Below are positions 9,379 to 19,177 of a DNA stretch of 64,000 nt, piece after piece (within the stretch, counting starts at the first letter, position 1; every line of letters starts with the position of its first letter). The notes under the pieces were generated by a model that made no database searches, was not told the origin of the DNA, and saw only the letters and a program-made list of their open reading frames with translations. This stretch comes from an uncultured bacterium (GTDB taxonomy: Bacteria > Verrucomicrobiota > Lentisphaeria > Victivallales > UBA1829). The position numbers and the translations under genes were made by a program. The DNA lies in NCBI GenBank assembly GCA_902802585.1, contig CADCMR010000001.1, positions 3,223-67,222 on the forward strand, given 5' to 3'.

Positions 9379-11892
9379 TTATTTCAGGATCGCGTCGATC
9401 TCCGCGAGTTCCTCCGCTGTGAACGTGGAATTCCTGTCCAGACCGTCCAGCACGTCGTTGATCTGGCTGATGCGGCTGGCGCCGACGAGCGCCGACGCGA
9501 CGGTGTCCTGACGCAGCACCCAGGCGGTCGTCATGGCGGCCAGGCTCTGTCCGCGTTTCCGCGCAAGTTCGTTCAGCTTTCTGATCATCTCCAGCCTCTC
9601 CGGCGTGAGCGCTTCCGGCTTCAGGAACACTCTGCGCGTCATGCGGGAGTCTTCCGGGATGCCGTCCAGATAGCGGTTCGTGAGCAGACCCTGCGCCATC
9701 GGCGAGAAGATGATGCCGCCGACGCCGAATTCCTTCATCACGTCGAACGTGCCGTCCTTTTCGCATCTGCGGTCGAACATGTTGTAGCGCACCTGATGGA
9801 GCACGACCGGCGTCTTGAGTTCGCGCAGGATGGTGAACGCCTCGCGGGCGCGTTCAGGCGAGTAGTTCGAGATGCCGACGTAGAGGGCGCGTCCGGACCG
9901 CACGATCTGGTCGAGCGCGAGCATGGATTCCTCGACGGGGGTATTCGGGTCCATGCGGTGGTGGTAGAAGATGTCGACGTAGTCGAGGCCTAGGCGCTTC
10001 AGGCTCTGGTCGCAGCTGGCGATCAGGTATTTGCGGCTGCCGTGATCGCCGTAGGGGCCGGGCCACATGGTGTAGCCTGCCTTGGTGGAGATGACCAGCT
10101 CATCGCGCAGTTTGCCGGTGAAGTCGGCCTTCAGGATCTTTCCGAACGCCTCTTCCGCGCTGCCTGCCGGCGGTCCGTAGTTGTTCGCCAGGTCGAAGTG
10201 CGTGATGCCGTGGTCGAACGCGTCCCAGACCATGGAGTGCGCGTTGTCGAAATTGTCTTTTGCGCCGAAATTATGCCAGAGACCGAGCGAGACCTTCGGC
10301 AGCTGGAGACCGGTGTTGCCGCAGTGGCGGAATTCCATGTCGGTATACCGTTCTGCCGCAGGGGTGTAGTCGATCAGCGGATCCGGCTTCCTGCCCTGGC
10401 GTACAACGAAAATGGCGAATGCCACTGCGGTTAAAAAACCGATCACGACGGAAACGTTGTACGGCAGACCGCCGTTGCGGGTGAAGAAGAAAAGACCGTC
10501 GGGCTGCCCGATTTTCCTGGACGTCCAGCAGATGAACGTGACGACAACGGCGGTCATGAACATGCCGGGGATCAGGGTGATCAGCGAACCGATTTTCTTT
10601 CCCCTGCGGAGCAGCCACACGGTGCCCGCCATCAGCGTGGTGGCGGCGAGCACCTGGTTGCCCCAGGCGAAGTAGTTCCAGAGCTTGTTGAACGACTTGG
10701 CGTCGGTGTTGGACCAGTAGAGCAGGGCGGCGACGAGGACGATCAGCGGCAGGCAGGTCAGGAAACGCGGCAGAAAACTCTGCTGCGGGATATGGAGCAT
10801 TTCCGAAAGGCTCAGGCGCGTGCTGCGGAGCGCGGTGTCGCCGCTGGTCACGGCGAGGATCACGACCGCCAGCACGGTGACCGTGCCCATCCAGGTGCCG
10901 AGGAAATGCGTGGTGATCTCGCAGAGCACCACCGGACCGCTCTTGCTCATGAATTCCGGCTTCAGGTTGTAGATGGCGAGACCGCCGACCGCCCAGATCA
11001 TGGCGATGATGCCTTCCAGGATCATCATGCCGTAGAAGTCACTCCTCGCCTCGCGTTCGGACTTCATCGTGCGGGCGATGATCGGCGACTGCGTGGCGTG
11101 GAACCCGGAGATGATGCCGCACGCGATGGTCACGAAGAGCAGGGGGAAGACCGGCGAGGTGTCGGGGTTGAACTTGTGGAGCTGGAACGCCTTGCTTTCC
11201 TGCATGATGCTCGGTTCCTTGAAGCCGGCGACGAGGAGCGCGACGAAAATGGCGAGGGTGCCGACCAGGAGCATGAGGCCGAAGAGCGGATAGACCTTGC
11301 CGATGATCTTGTCGACCGGGAACATCGTGGCGATGACGTAGTAGCAGAAAATGGCGACGACAGCCACCCAGAAGAAGTTTTCGGGCTGGATTGAGGCGGC
11401 GGCGTCCGGATCGGCCGGCGTGGTGAAATCCTGCAGCGTCGTGTTGATGAGGTTGGCGGGGACGTTGATGAAGACGGCGACCACGAGCAGGAGCAGGATC
11501 ACCATGAACCACTGGAAGAAGACGTTGTATCCCATGCCGAGGTTCTTATGCACGATCTTCGGCAGGTTCGCGCCCTTGTCGCGGATCGACATCATGCCCG
11601 CCGCCATGTCGTGCACCGCGCCCATGAGGACGCATCCGACCGGAATGATCGCCAGGGCGATGACGCCGAACTTGATACCGAGGATCACGCCGATCACCGG
11701 GCCGATGCCGGCGATGTTCAGCAGCTGGATGAGCATGTTCTTCCAGCGCGGGAGCGTCACATAGTCCGTGCCGTCGGCGAGCTTCACCGCGGGCGTCTCG
11801 CGGTCGTCCGGACCGAAAATCTTTTCCACCAGTTTTCCGTACAGGAAGTACCCGAGTACCAGGAACGCGATGCCGCCGAGAAAGAGTAACAT
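9379..11892 (-). CDS. Fusion: CstA-family transporter (N-terminal ~500 aa) + YghZ/MgrA-like aldo-keto reductase (C-terminal ~330 aa)
   Basis: CstA motifs (IAGIGPVIG, GAVHD, FVTIACGIISGFHATQSP, EGIIA, TSGDTALRS, LWNYFAWGNQ) in frame with AKR motifs (LPKVSLGLWHN, HFDLANNYG, ISTKAG, FYHHR, YVGISNY, SPMAQGLLT); no stop between them. Confidence 0.9.
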   Translation of the reverse strand: MLLFLGGIAFLVLGYFLYGKLVEKIFGPDDRETPAVKLADGTDYVTLPRWKNMLIQLLNIAGIGPVIGVILGIKFGVIALAIIPVGCVLMGAVHDMAAGMMSIRDKGANLPKIVHKNLGMGYNVFFQWFMVILLLLVVAVFINVPANLINTTLQDFTTPADPDAAASIQPENFFWVAVVAIFCYYVIATMFPVDKIIGKVYPLFGLMLLVGTLAIFVALLVAGFKEPSIMQESKAFQLHKFNPDTSPVFPLLFVTIACGIISGFHATQSPIIARTMKSEREARSDFYGMMILEGIIAMIWAVGGLAIYNLKPEFMSKSGPVVLCEITTHFLGTWMGTVTVLAVVILAVTSGDTALRSTRLSLSEMLHIPQQSFLPRFLTCLPLIVLVAALLYWSNTDAKSFNKLWNYFAWGNQVLAATTLMAGTVWLLRRGKKIGSLITLIPGMFMTAVVVTFICWTSRKIGQPDGLFFFTRNGGLPYNVSVVIGFLTAVAFAIFVVRQGRKPDPLIDYTPAAERYTDMEFRHCGNTGLQLPKVSLGLWHNFGAKDNFDNAHSMVWDAFDHGITHFDLANNYGPPAGSAEEAFGKILKADFTGKLRDELVISTKAGYTMWPGPYGDHGSRKYLIASCDQSLKRLGLDYVDIFYHHRMDPNTPVEESMLALDQIVRSGRALYVGISNYSPERAREAFTILRELKTPVVLHQVRYNMFDRRCEKDGTFDVMKEFGVGGIIFSPMAQGLLTNRYLDGIPEDSRMTRRVFLKPEALTPERLEMIRKLNELARKRGQSLAAMTTAWVLRQDTVASALVGASRISQINDVLDGLDRNSTFTAEELAEIDAILK

Positions 11893-11934
11893 GACAATGC
11901 CTCATGGGATTGAAACCGGCGGGAACCGTGTTAT

Positions 11935-12098
11935 GGGCACCTCTATTCATTGGTTTTCGGTGGCTTTTCGCATCCGGGCAAAGTCCAATTGGTAAGATTT
12001 TCGGTGGTTACCTTCAGGTAGCCACGCTCAAATCTTCCTGCATTGTCTTGTTTGCCCAGCTGCTGAAAATCCATCCGCCTGAATGAATAGAGATACCC
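11935..12098. ncRNA. 164-nt rod-like inverted-repeat element in the cstA leader (structured RNA or MITE candidate)
   Basis: Nested complementary pairs: 11935-11951/12082-12098 (15/17), 11976-11982/12051-12057, 11994-12000/12030-12036, 12004-12012/12017-12025. The structure is seen directly; its identity is unknown. Confidence 0.45.
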
Positions 12099-12164
12099 TT
12101 CGGGGCGGGGGCGCCGGCCGCGGAAAATGCCGCGAATGTTGTTTTATTGCGTTTGTAATATGAT

Positions 12165-12192
12165 ATTATAGCATGATTCTTGCGCATTTCAA
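12165..12192 (-). promoter_or_regulatory. Sigma70-type promoter for the cstA-AKR leader
   Basis: TTGAAA-16nt-TATAAT with extended -10 TG. Confidence 0.7.
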
Positions 12193-12278
12193 GCGAAAAC
12201 CGCAAGAAAGAACGCACGGATGTGCGCGGGATGGATGAAAAACGGCGGGCAGGGGGCGGAGTGGATGCGTGGCGCGGT

Positions 12279-13625
12279 TCAGGACACGAGCACGGCGTCC
12301 TGGAGATAGATTTCGCGGGAGAACGGCTCGAATTTGAGAAGTTCGGCCTCGAAGACGACCGTTTTTCCCTTCATTGCGTCCAGAGTGCCGCGGAGAGCGG
12401 GCGGGAACGCCGCGACCGCCTTGATCTGGACCGGTGCGGATCCCTGTGAAATCCTGCAGATCAGGAACGTCGCCTTGATGCCTTTCTGCGAGCCGAACAC
12501 GAAGTCCATGCTGAACGGCATGCTCGTCTGGAGTTCGCCGCTCCAGCGCACGCGGCGACCTTTCATCGCGTCGAACGCGGCGCGTTCCTCCATGCCGGGG
12601 AATGCTTTGGCGAACAGCGCGGAACAGACGGATTCGGCGGTCAGGCTGTCATCGGCGGCGGGTCTCCGGGGCTCCTTGGGCTGCCGCGCCGGGGCGGGAG
12701 CGCCTTTTTGCGCGGATGAAACGGAACTCCGCACGACGCCGGATTTCAGCGTGTCGGACGCGCCTGTGCGCTTCACCTCGGGCGAGATGCGGATGACGGC
12801 CGTGCGCTGGGATTCCATCGAGGAACCCGACGGGAGCGGGATCCTGGATGTTTTCGATGCGGGAGATTTTTCAACCTGGATCGGTGCGTAGCGTTTGGGC
12901 GCGTCTGGCTCCTCTTCCTGAGCGGCGGCGGTGAAATCCTCCGGTACGGCGAGCAGGTCTTTTTTCTGCGCGGTCTGCAGGTCCGGCATCGGCTCGGACG
13001 AGGGGGATTCCAGCGCATTCGCGATCGCCGCCATGCGGCTGATGACCGTGACGTCCGGGGCCGAGGCGCGGAGCCGCACGGATACGCCCTCGTTGTTGAA
13101 CATCCCGGCAGGGAAGAGGCGGATGAGATTGAGCACGGCGGAACGGTTCGACGGTGTGTCCAGGAACCGGTCGAACGCCTCCTCGGATTCCGCGGAGCAG
13201 TAAAAATCAGGTTCCTGTGAGGAGAAAAACATTTTCGATGGATAGATCGGGTGTCCGTCCAGGATGCGCGCGGCGATCGATTCGAGGTCGCGGACCACGC
13301 AGACGTTGAATCCCGGCGCGTTTCGGAACGCCACGAAATAGCGGACGTAGTTGCGTCCGAACCGTTTGATTGTGACCGCATGACCGGAGAACCTGCCGGT
13401 GATGGCGGCGTCCTTCCCGTCCGGGGCGGCGCCGGGCTCGTATGTGCAGGCGAGCTGTTCCGCCGCCTCGCGCCACTGTTCCTCCAGGTCGGCCTGTGCC
13501 GCGGGGGCGTCTTCTCCGTCGGACCCGTCGCGGATCGCCTTGTTTGCCTTGCGGAAGCTCGCGACGACGGATTTCCAGATGAAAATGCCGATCAGGATGG
13601 CGACGATTTTGAACAGGAAAGGCAT
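12279..13625 (-). CDS. Hypothetical membrane-anchored protein with low-complexity linker and possible C-terminal OB-like domain
   Basis: N-terminal TM helix, Pro/Ala/Ser-rich middle, C-terminal KGRRVRWSGEL...VVFEAEL beta-rich region. Confidence 0.6.
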   Translation of the reverse strand: MPFLFKIVAILIGIFIWKSVVASFRKANKAIRDGSDGEDAPAAQADLEEQWREAAEQLACTYEPGAAPDGKDAAITGRFSGHAVTIKRFGRNYVRYFVAFRNAPGFNVCVVRDLESIAARILDGHPIYPSKMFFSSQEPDFYCSAESEEAFDRFLDTPSNRSAVLNLIRLFPAGMFNNEGVSVRLRASAPDVTVISRMAAIANALESPSSEPMPDLQTAQKKDLLAVPEDFTAAAQEEEPDAPKRYAPIQVEKSPASKTSRIPLPSGSSMESQRTAVIRISPEVKRTGASDTLKSGVVRSSVSSAQKGAPAPARQPKEPRRPAADDSLTAESVCSALFAKAFPGMEERAAFDAMKGRRVRWSGELQTSMPFSMDFVFGSQKGIKATFLICRISQGSAPVQIKAVAAFPPALRGTLDAMKGKTVVFEAELLKFEPFSREIYLQDAVLVS

Positions 13626-13665
13626 GGGCGGTCACTCTTTCCGGCGGAACTCCGGTCAGGTCCGG

Positions 13666-14559
13666 TCAGGCGGTTTTCAGCGCCGCGCGGCAGGCGCGGA
13701 GCGTGTTCTTCATGAGCATGGCGATGGTCATGGGACCGACGCCGCCGGGGACCGGGGTGATGAGCGAGGCTTTCTCCGCGACGGAGTCGAAATCGACGTC
13801 TCCGACGAGGCGGCAGCCGTTCTTGGCGGCCGGGTCGGGGATACGGTTGATGCCTACGTCGACGACGACGGCGCCTTCCTTCACCTGGTCGCCCTTCAGG
13901 AAGCGCGGGATGCCGAGCGCGGCGACGATGATGTCCGCCTGGAGCGTAACGGCGGCGAGGTCGCGGGTGTGGGAGTGGCAGACGGTGACGGTGGCGTCGC
14001 CGAACGGGGCTTTTGCGGCGAGCATGGCTGCCATTGGCTTGCCGACGATGTTGGATCGTCCGAGCACGACGGCGTTTTTGCCGCGCGTGACGACGCCGGA
14101 GCGTTCCAGCAGAACGGTCACGCCCCACGGGGTGCAGGGCAGGAATCCGGAGAAGTCGCCGAGCATCATGCGGCCGACGTTCGCCGGGTGGAAGCAGTCG
14201 ACGTCCTTTGCCGGGTCGATGGCGAGCACGACGCTGCGTTCATTGATCTGCTTTGGGACGGGGGACTGGACGAGGATGCCGTGGATGGACGGATCGGCGT
14301 TGAGCTTCGCGATGATCGCGAGCAGGTCGGCTTCGGTGGTGTCCGCGGGGAGCACGATCTTTTCGGAACGGATGCCCAGCTCGGCGCATTTCTTCGCCTT
14401 GCGGGAGACGTAGACCTGGGACGCCGGGTCTTCCCCGACGAGTATGACTGCGAGCGCGGGCTGGATGCCGTATTTTGCGACGATCTCCGCGACTTCGGCG
14501 GCGGTCTCGACGTTGACCGCCTTGGATATCTCGTTGCCGTTGATGAGGTTGGCGGACAT
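13666..14559 (-). CDS. folD: Methylenetetrahydrofolate dehydrogenase/cyclohydrolase
   Basis: [49 protein letters not shown]. Confidence 0.97.
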   Translation of the reverse strand: MSANLINGNEISKAVNVETAAEVAEIVAKYGIQPALAVILVGEDPASQVYVSRKAKKCAELGIRSEKIVLPADTTEADLLAIIAKLNADPSIHGILVQSPVPKQINERSVVLAIDPAKDVDCFHPANVGRMMLGDFSGFLPCTPWGVTVLLERSGVVTRGKNAVVLGRSNIVGKPMAAMLAAKAPFGDATVTVCHSHTRDLAAVTLQADIIVAALGIPRFLKGDQVKEGAVVVDVGINRIPDPAAKNGCRLVGDVDFDSVAEKASLITPVPGGVGPMTIAMLMKNTLRACRAALKTA

Positions 14560-14565
14560 GGGCGG

Positions 14566-15096
14566 TCACTCCTTTCCGGCTTTGCCGGCGTCTTCTTTTT
14601 TCGTGTCTTTGGTTTCGGTTTCCGGCACGGACGCGGGCTTGAGCTTGGAAATGGCGTCGTCTCTCCTGCGCAGTTCGTGATTGAGCTCGACCATGGACGG
14701 TTTGTTCTCAAGCAGCGAGGCAAGTCTTCTGCTCAGCTCCATGATCTCCTCATGAAGCTTTTTCGCCGCTTCATCCTCCTTCAGGAGGCGTTTGCGTTCG
14801 TCCTGGATCTTCTGAACGATTTCGGTGCGTTCCTTGAGAAGGGCTTCCGCTTTCTCCGGATCGGCGAACTCGGAGGGATCGCGGTCCGCGCTGTAGATGC
14901 GGGTCAGTACGGTTTCGGCGGATTTGGATGTTGTCGCGGCGGCAGGCTTGGCTGCCTCGGCTGGTTTCGCTGTTGTCGTCGAAACGGCGGGTTTCGCGGT
15001 TGTCGTCGCGGGCGTCGCCGCCGGTTTTGCCGCCGCGGCGGATACCGCCGCCGTCATGGCGAAAAGCAGAAGAAAGCAGATTCGTTTCATGGTCAT
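14566..15096 (-). CDS. Hypothetical secreted coiled-coil protein
   Basis: Signal peptide, Ala/Thr/Pro-rich linker, charged coiled coil; TTGCAT-16-TATATT promoter at 15156-15183. Confidence 0.6.
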   Translation of the reverse strand: MTMKRICFLLLFAMTAAVSAAAAKPAATPATTTAKPAVSTTTAKPAEAAKPAAATTSKSAETVLTRIYSADRDPSEFADPEKAEALLKERTEIVQKIQDERKRLLKEDEAAKKLHEEIMELSRRLASLLENKPSMVELNHELRRRDDAISKLKPASVPETETKDTKKEDAGKAGKE

Positions 15097-15303
15097 GCAC
15101 CGGGAAAAGAGTTAGGCGCGTCGTTTTGCGGCGCGGGAAAAAAAATACGCAGTTAAATATAGATTTGAAACGCGAGAATGCAAACGCCAAAGTGAAAACA
15201 CGGGCGAAAAAGGCGGAAAAAAAGGATGAAAGCGTTTGAAAAGGACGTGCCGATGTGCTAATGTATTGTGATAAAACAAACGCATCAATAGGAGACTTGC
15301 GCC

Positions 15304-15888
15304 ATGAGAACCGCGGAAATCGAACGCAATACGAACGAAACCTCCATCTTCGTGAAATGGAATCTTGACGGTACGGGAAAAGGCGATATCCAGACCGGAA
15401 TCCCGTTCATGGACCACATGCTGGCGCTTTTCGCCCGGCACGGCGGATTCGACCTCACAGTCCGCGCGTCCGGCGACCTGGACGTGGACTGCCATCACAC
15501 GATGGAGGACATCGGACTGACCATGGGGCGCGCGTTGACGCAGGCGCTCGGCGCGAAGGAAGGCATCCGGCGATACGGGAGTTTCCTCCTGCCGATGGAC
15601 GAATCCCTCGCGCTGGTCGCGATCGACCTCTCCGGGCGGCCGTTTCTGGTCTACGACGTCGAGCCGCCCGCGGCATACATCAAGGACCTGGATACCGCGC
15701 TCTTCAAGGAGTTCTTCCAGGCGTTTTCGGTGAAGGGCGGCATCACGCTCCACATCCGCATGCTCTCCTCGGGCGAGGTGCACCACGTGTTCGAGGCGGT
15801 TTTCAAGGGGCTGTCCCGCGCGCTGTCCGAGGCGGTTTCCCTGGATCCCCGCGTGGAAGGCGTGCCCTCCACGAAGGGCGTCCTGTAA
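15304..15888 (+). CDS. hisB: Imidazoleglycerol-phosphate dehydratase
   Basis: RNTNET, TGIPFMDHML, DCHHTMED, LPMDE, HHVFEAVFK, PSTKG. Confidence 0.97.
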   Translation: MRTAEIERNTNETSIFVKWNLDGTGKGDIQTGIPFMDHMLALFARHGGFDLTVRASGDLDVDCHHTMEDIGLTMGRALTQALGAKEGIRRYGSFLLPMDESLALVAIDLSGRPFLVYDVEPPAAYIKDLDTALFKEFFQAFSVKGGITLHIRMLSSGEVHHVFEAVFKGLSRALSEAVSLDPRVEGVPSTKGVL

Positions 15889-15938
15889 TCTCGTCTTCCT
15901 CCTCAATCCGAACTTGTTTTTGAACGGACTACCTCGCC

Positions 15939-17315
15939 ATGGATGACGAACAGGGCAGTCTTTTTTCGGCGTTCCTGAAGTCGCCGCTCGCCGACCGGAT
16001 GCGTCCGCGCACGCTCGAAGAGGTGGTCGGACAGGACCATCTGCTGGGGCCGGACGCCCCGTTGCGCCGCATGATCGAAAGCGGCCGCCTGAGCAGCTTC
16101 ATCCTGTGGGGACCGCCCGGCTGCGGCAAGACTACGATCGCCCGCATCATGGCGCACACCACCAGCATGCACTTCGTGGCGCTCTCCGCCGTGTTCTCCG
16201 GTATCGCCGAACTCCGCAAGGCGTTCGACGAGGCGGCGAAACGCCGCGCGGCGGGACAGGGCACGCTGCTGTTCGTCGACGAAATTCACCGTTTCAACCG
16301 CGCCCAGCAGGACGGCTTCCTGCCGTTCGTGGAAAACGGCACGGTCACGCTGGTCGGCGCGACCACGGAGAACCCGTCGTTCGAGCTGAACAGCGCTCTG
16401 CTCTCCCGGTGCAAGGTCTTCGTGATGAAGCCGCTGGACGAAGCCGCGCTGGACAAGATCATGACGCGCGCCGAGGAGCTGTCCGGGATGCCGCTGCCGT
16501 TGTCCGCTGAGGCGCGGAAGACGCTGCCCGGGCTCGCCGACGGCGACGGGCGCTACCTCATCAACCTCATGGAATCCGTCTACGACCTCGCCGCCGAGGG
16601 CGAGGAGATCGATTCCAAACGCCTTTCCCTGCTGGTCCGCCAGCGCGCCCCGGTCTACGACAAGGACCGCGAGGGGCATTACAATCTCATCAGCGCGCTC
16701 CATAAATCCCTGCGCGGATCCGACGTGGACGCCGCGCTGTACTGGGCGGCGCGCATGATCGAGGGCGGCGAGGACCCGCTTTACCTCCTGCGGCGGCTCA
16801 CGCGGTTTTCCATGGAGGACGTGAGCCTCGCGGATCCGAACGCACTCCAGGTGGCGGTGTCCTGCTGGGACACCTACGAACGCCTCGGATCGCCCGAGGG
16901 CGACATCGCCATCGCCGAACTCGTGATCTACCTGGCGACCGCGCCGAAGTCGAACAGCGCGTACGTGGCGTGGGGCAGCGCCCTGCGCGCTGCAAAGAAG
17001 TATTCCTCGCTCATGCCGCCCGCGCATATCCTGAACGCCCCGACGAAGCTCATGAAGGAACTCGGCTACGGGCACGGCTACCAGTACGACCAGGACCTCC
17101 CCGACGCGTTCTCCGGACAGAATTATTTCCCCGACGGCATGCCGCGCACGAAACTTTACAATCCGCCGGATCGAGGATTCGAGCGCGAAATCCGCAAACG
17201 CCTGGACTACTGGGACCGTCTGCGCCGCGAGAAACAGGCGCAGATGAAACGCGACCATGCGCCCGGCGCCGAGCCGGAACCGCCGCCCGCCCCGGAAGAT
17301 AAAGAGGGCAAGTAA
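15939..17315 (+). CDS. rarA: Replication-associated recombination protein A (AAA+)
   Basis: PLADRMRPRTL, GPPGCGKT, FVDEIHRFN, ATTENPSF, ISALHKSLRGSD, APKSN. Confidence 0.95.
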   Translation: MDDEQGSLFSAFLKSPLADRMRPRTLEEVVGQDHLLGPDAPLRRMIESGRLSSFILWGPPGCGKTTIARIMAHTTSMHFVALSAVFSGIAELRKAFDEAAKRRAAGQGTLLFVDEIHRFNRAQQDGFLPFVENGTVTLVGATTENPSFELNSALLSRCKVFVMKPLDEAALDKIMTRAEELSGMPLPLSAEARKTLPGLADGDGRYLINLMESVYDLAAEGEEIDSKRLSLLVRQRAPVYDKDREGHYNLISALHKSLRGSDVDAALYWAARMIEGGEDPLYLLRRLTRFSMEDVSLADPNALQVAVSCWDTYERLGSPEGDIAIAELVIYLATAPKSNSAYVAWGSALRAAKKYSSLMPPAHILNAPTKLMKELGYGHGYQYDQDLPDAFSGQNYFPDGMPRTKLYNPPDRGFEREIRKRLDYWDRLRREKQAQMKRDHAPGAEPEPPPAPEDKEGK

Positions 17316-17368
17316 GCCGAGTTTGTTTATCATCCGAATCGAATAAGCTTTTAGAAAAGAGGTAAATA

Positions 17369-18973
17369 ATGTGGCCGTTCTCTGAAATAAACAGACTTCG
17401 GGAGGAGAATGAATCGTTAAAAAGGCGTATCCGTTCTCTTGAAGCCTCGCTCCAGCAAAAAGAAGGTCTGATTTCTTGCCTGCATGACGAGCAGAAAGTA
17501 ACAAATGAGAAGCTGATCGTGGCCGAATCTGACAGAAAGATGCTAAAAGAGAATCTTGATGTGGCAGAATATGATGTTGATACGCTGAATAAAGACCTTT
17601 ATTTCTTTAGGAATGTAGAAGTTACGCCAGAATTTTTATCTATTGAGGAAAACATAAGAAACCGTAAACAGTTTGTTTTTGTTCATGGTGGTGCAGGAAC
17701 AGGGAAATCAACCCTAATCCAATGGCTAAAAAACAGAGAGTTGATTCATGTAGTGCTTGCTCCAACAGGTTTGACCGCCTTGAATGTAGGAGGCATGACG
17801 ATTCATAAGGCTTTCGGTTTTCGTCCACAAGTGATTTTTCCAAAAGGCGGAATAACAGGAAGTTTGCCAAGCGAATTCTTAAATACCTTAATCAATCTAA
17901 AAAGAAAGAACATTGCCACAATCTGCATTGACGAAATCTCAATGGTACGTGCGGACTTGTTGGATGCTATTGATCTTTCTTTGAAAAACGCATTTAATAC
18001 GACAGCCCCATTCGGTGGCTTTCAAATGCTTTTCGTCGGCGATTTGTTTCAGTTGCCCCCTATTGTGAAACAGGATAAAAATGATCCAAATTCTATAAAC
18101 CCAAAGCCTTTTTTTAATCCGAATGATAAAAATTATCCCGGTAATACTCAGGGGTGGAGAAGCCCGTGGTTCTTTGATTCGGATGTAATATCAAAGTGTT
18201 CTAATTACCAAAATACGCTAAAAATTAACCTTAAAAAGGTATACCGTCAGGCTGGGGAAAAAGAATTTGTTGAGATATTAAATCAACTTCGCAGATATGA
18301 AAACAGAGCGAAAAACGCTAATAGATTGAATGAATTGTTTTCTGAAAACGAAAGAAAAGAAAACAGTGTAATAATAGTCGGAAAAAATCAACAAGCAGAT
18401 GAATATAATCAAGAACGTCTTCATATGCTTCAAACCCAATCAAGCATTTTTATCGGAATGAAAGATGGAACTTTTTCTGATCCAAAATCTTCCCCGCCTT
18501 TACCTGTTCCGGAAAAAATAGAACTAAAAATAGGGGAGTTTGTGATAGTTGTCGCAAATGATAGAGATAAACGCTATGTTAATGGGACCACAGCGTTTAT
18601 TACACGTTTTGGAGCTAAAGGAGAAGTCTATGTCAAAAATAAGAATGGAGAATTTGATGTACAAAAAAATGTTTGGGCGGATCATGATATTATTTGGAAT
18701 AATCATCGAAAATGCTTTGAGGATATTGAAGTCGGACATTATTCACAAATTCCACTTATTCCGGGTTATGCAATAACATGCCATAAGGCACAAGGAAAAA
18801 CTTTGGATAAGGTATTTGTTGATGTGGAACAGGCATTTGCTCCTGGGCAGATGTATGTTGCTTTAAGTCGGACGCGTTCCCCAAAAGACATTACGATGGC
18901 ACGGGATTTGACTGATGCAGATTTTAGGACGGATCCCCGTCTTTCGGAACTGGTTGGTCAGGGAAAAATATAA
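17369..18973 (+). CDS. PIF1/RecD-like superfamily 1B helicase with N-terminal coiled coil; AT-rich
   Basis: GGAGTGKST, APTGLTA, TIHK, IDEISMV, GDLFQLPP, YRQ, YAITCHKAQGKTL, YVALSR; visibly lower GC than the flanks. Confidence 0.88.
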   Translation: MWPFSEINRLREENESLKRRIRSLEASLQQKEGLISCLHDEQKVTNEKLIVAESDRKMLKENLDVAEYDVDTLNKDLYFFRNVEVTPEFLSIEENIRNRKQFVFVHGGAGTGKSTLIQWLKNRELIHVVLAPTGLTALNVGGMTIHKAFGFRPQVIFPKGGITGSLPSEFLNTLINLKRKNIATICIDEISMVRADLLDAIDLSLKNAFNTTAPFGGFQMLFVGDLFQLPPIVKQDKNDPNSINPKPFFNPNDKNYPGNTQGWRSPWFFDSDVISKCSNYQNTLKINLKKVYRQAGEKEFVEILNQLRRYENRAKNANRLNELFSENERKENSVIIVGKNQQADEYNQERLHMLQTQSSIFIGMKDGTFSDPKSSPPLPVPEKIELKIGEFVIVVANDRDKRYVNGTTAFITRFGAKGEVYVKNKNGEFDVQKNVWADHDIIWNNHRKCFEDIEVGHYSQIPLIPGYAITCHKAQGKTLDKVFVDVEQAFAPGQMYVALSRTRSPKDITMARDLTDADFRTDPRLSELVGQGKI

Positions 18974-19128
18974 TATGATCCTGCGAAAATGAGATAAGGC
19001 GGATTCGAATCCTTCCGTTCCCTCGGATCAGCTTAATCGTTGAACACAATAACTCCTCTTTAAGACCATCAAAGAAACATAGTCTGGCACAATTCCGAAA
19101 GAAATAATAAGTTTTTTCAGATTGCCGC

Positions 19129-19162
19129 TTGAAAACATGACGCATCACGTTATATTATACGT
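19129..19162 (+). promoter_or_regulatory. higBA promoter with overlapping imperfect palindrome (probable HigA operator)
   Basis: TTGAAA at 19129; TATATT/TATTAT at 19151-19158 inside the imperfect palindrome ACGTTATATTATACGT. Confidence 0.5.
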
Positions 19163-19177
19163 TGTGGAGAATAAACC

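Noticed and set aside
11925-11950. AGAGGTGC on the minus strand (lysine-riboswitch-like start) and GGCGGGAACCGTG on the plus strand (T-box-like)
   Set aside because: The first is too close to the start codon to fit the aptamer; the second is on the wrong strand and has no specifier stem
18995-19025. GGATTCGAATCC, resembling a tRNA T-arm or att site next to the islet
   Set aside because: It lacks the G53-C61 pair and a T-stem, there is no cloverleaf, and no second copy was found
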